DNA from: Bythopirellula sp.
GTDB taxonomy: Bacteria; Planctomycetota; Planctomycetia; Pirellulales; Lacipirellulaceae
Direction of reading: 5' to 3'
Length of the DNA: 64,000 bases
Assembly (NCBI GenBank): GCA_965216565.1
Contig: OZ244170.1
Span: 992,001 to 1,056,000, forward strand
How positions within the stretch are numbered: position 1 is the first letter of the stretch; each line of letters begins with the position of its first letter. The position numbers and the translations under genes are program-made. Positions 63,517 through 64,000 of this stretch are shown in pieces. Under the pieces are notes generated by a model. It saw nothing but the letters and a program-made list of their open reading frames with translations. It ran no database searches and was not told the DNA's origin.

Positions 63517-63532
63517 TGGCACAACCCTTGCG
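63517..63532 (+). promoter_or_regulatory. Sigma54 -24/-12 promoter
   Basis: TGGCACAACCCTTGCG. Confidence 0.8.
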
Positions 63533-63584
63533 GGTTTTCTCGCGCTGTTAGCCAGATTGCTCGTATTTCGGGAGTAATGATTCC

Positions 63585-64000
63585 ATGTCCAAAACCAATA
63601 GAGACTCTTCGCTTGCAGAACTCATGAAATCCGAGCACGAGGAAATTGCTCGTGAAGTACAAGCGACCCGAGAAGAACTTGAATCAGCCAGCTGCCAGAG
63701 AAACTGTATTAATGACCAGCTGATTCAACTGTCCGAGCTGATCGAGTCCCACTTCAGGCACGAAGAGCAAGGAGGCTACATGGCCGAGGCACTGGTACGG
63801 GCACCTCAACTGCGTCCCCGGGCAGAGGCCCTTCAAAAACAGCATGAGCAGCTTCAAGAAGCAATCGACAAATTGCAACTCTTAGTGAATTCCGGAGTTG
63901 AATCAGCTTCTTGGTGGGACCAAATCCGCAACGATTTTCAACATTTTGCATCACAGTTGACAGAACACGAACACTGCGAAACAAAGCTCGTGCAAGAGGC
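63585..64000 (+). CDS. Hemerythrin (HHE) domain protein (runs off window end)
   Basis: Not in the ORF track; translated by hand: MSKTNRDSSLAELMKSEHEE...SHFRHEEQGGY...QKQHEQL...TEHEHCE (H..HxxxE..H..HxxxE); GGAG RBS. Confidence 0.82.
   Translation, partial: MSKTNRDSSLAELMKSEHEEIAREVQATREELESASCQRNCINDQLIQLSELIESHFRHEEQGGYMAEALVRAPQLRPRAEALQKQHEQLQEAIDKLQLLVNSGVESASWWDQIRNDFQHFASQLTEHEHCETKLVQE

Larger units (their letters stand above)
47132..64000. mobile_element. Genomic island (immobilised) carrying a sigma54 stress regulon
   Basis: Integrase and IS remnants at the left edge, shift to AT-richer sequence, none of the core REP families seen. Right end lies outside the window. Confidence 0.7.

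Overview
Bacterial chromosomal window, most consistent with a planctomycete (inference from DUF1570, DUF6666-like, SHD1 and PEP-CTERM proteins, CsrA, and a murB/ftsQ-like pair with no ftsA/ftsZ next to it). Positions 1 to about 47.1 kb are GC-rich core genome: prkA-yeaH-spoVR, HtrA proteases, aldehyde dehydrogenase, trmL, murB, csrA, thiL, tsaE, hslVU, a split ArgZ/AgrE-like arginine-catabolic gene pair, adenine and cytosine deaminases, ispG, pgsA and rimO. Its intergenic spaces carry several families of short palindromic (REP-like) repeats and a perfect (GTGGTGA)x20 tract. From about 47.1 kb to the end is a visibly more AT-rich island in which I saw none of those repeats, beginning with a dead tyrosine integrase and an IS3 remnant. 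Its cargo looks like a self-contained sigma54 regulon. I find eight good -24/-12 promoters, six in three divergent pairs that each share a TGTGCG-N4-CGCACA-like palindrome. The island also encodes an NtrC-type activator and a histidine kinase combining a LOV domain (lacking the conserved Gln) with a FixL-like heme-PAS domain. Its targets are five USP genes plus CBS, DUF2934, BON, Hsp20, VIT1/CCC1, hemerythrin, cytidylate-kinase-like and DHODH-like proteins. This cargo resembles a hypoxia/dormancy regulon and is the most interesting system here. No rRNA, tRNA or CRISPR array was recognised. All calls come from reading the sequence; no database searches were run.
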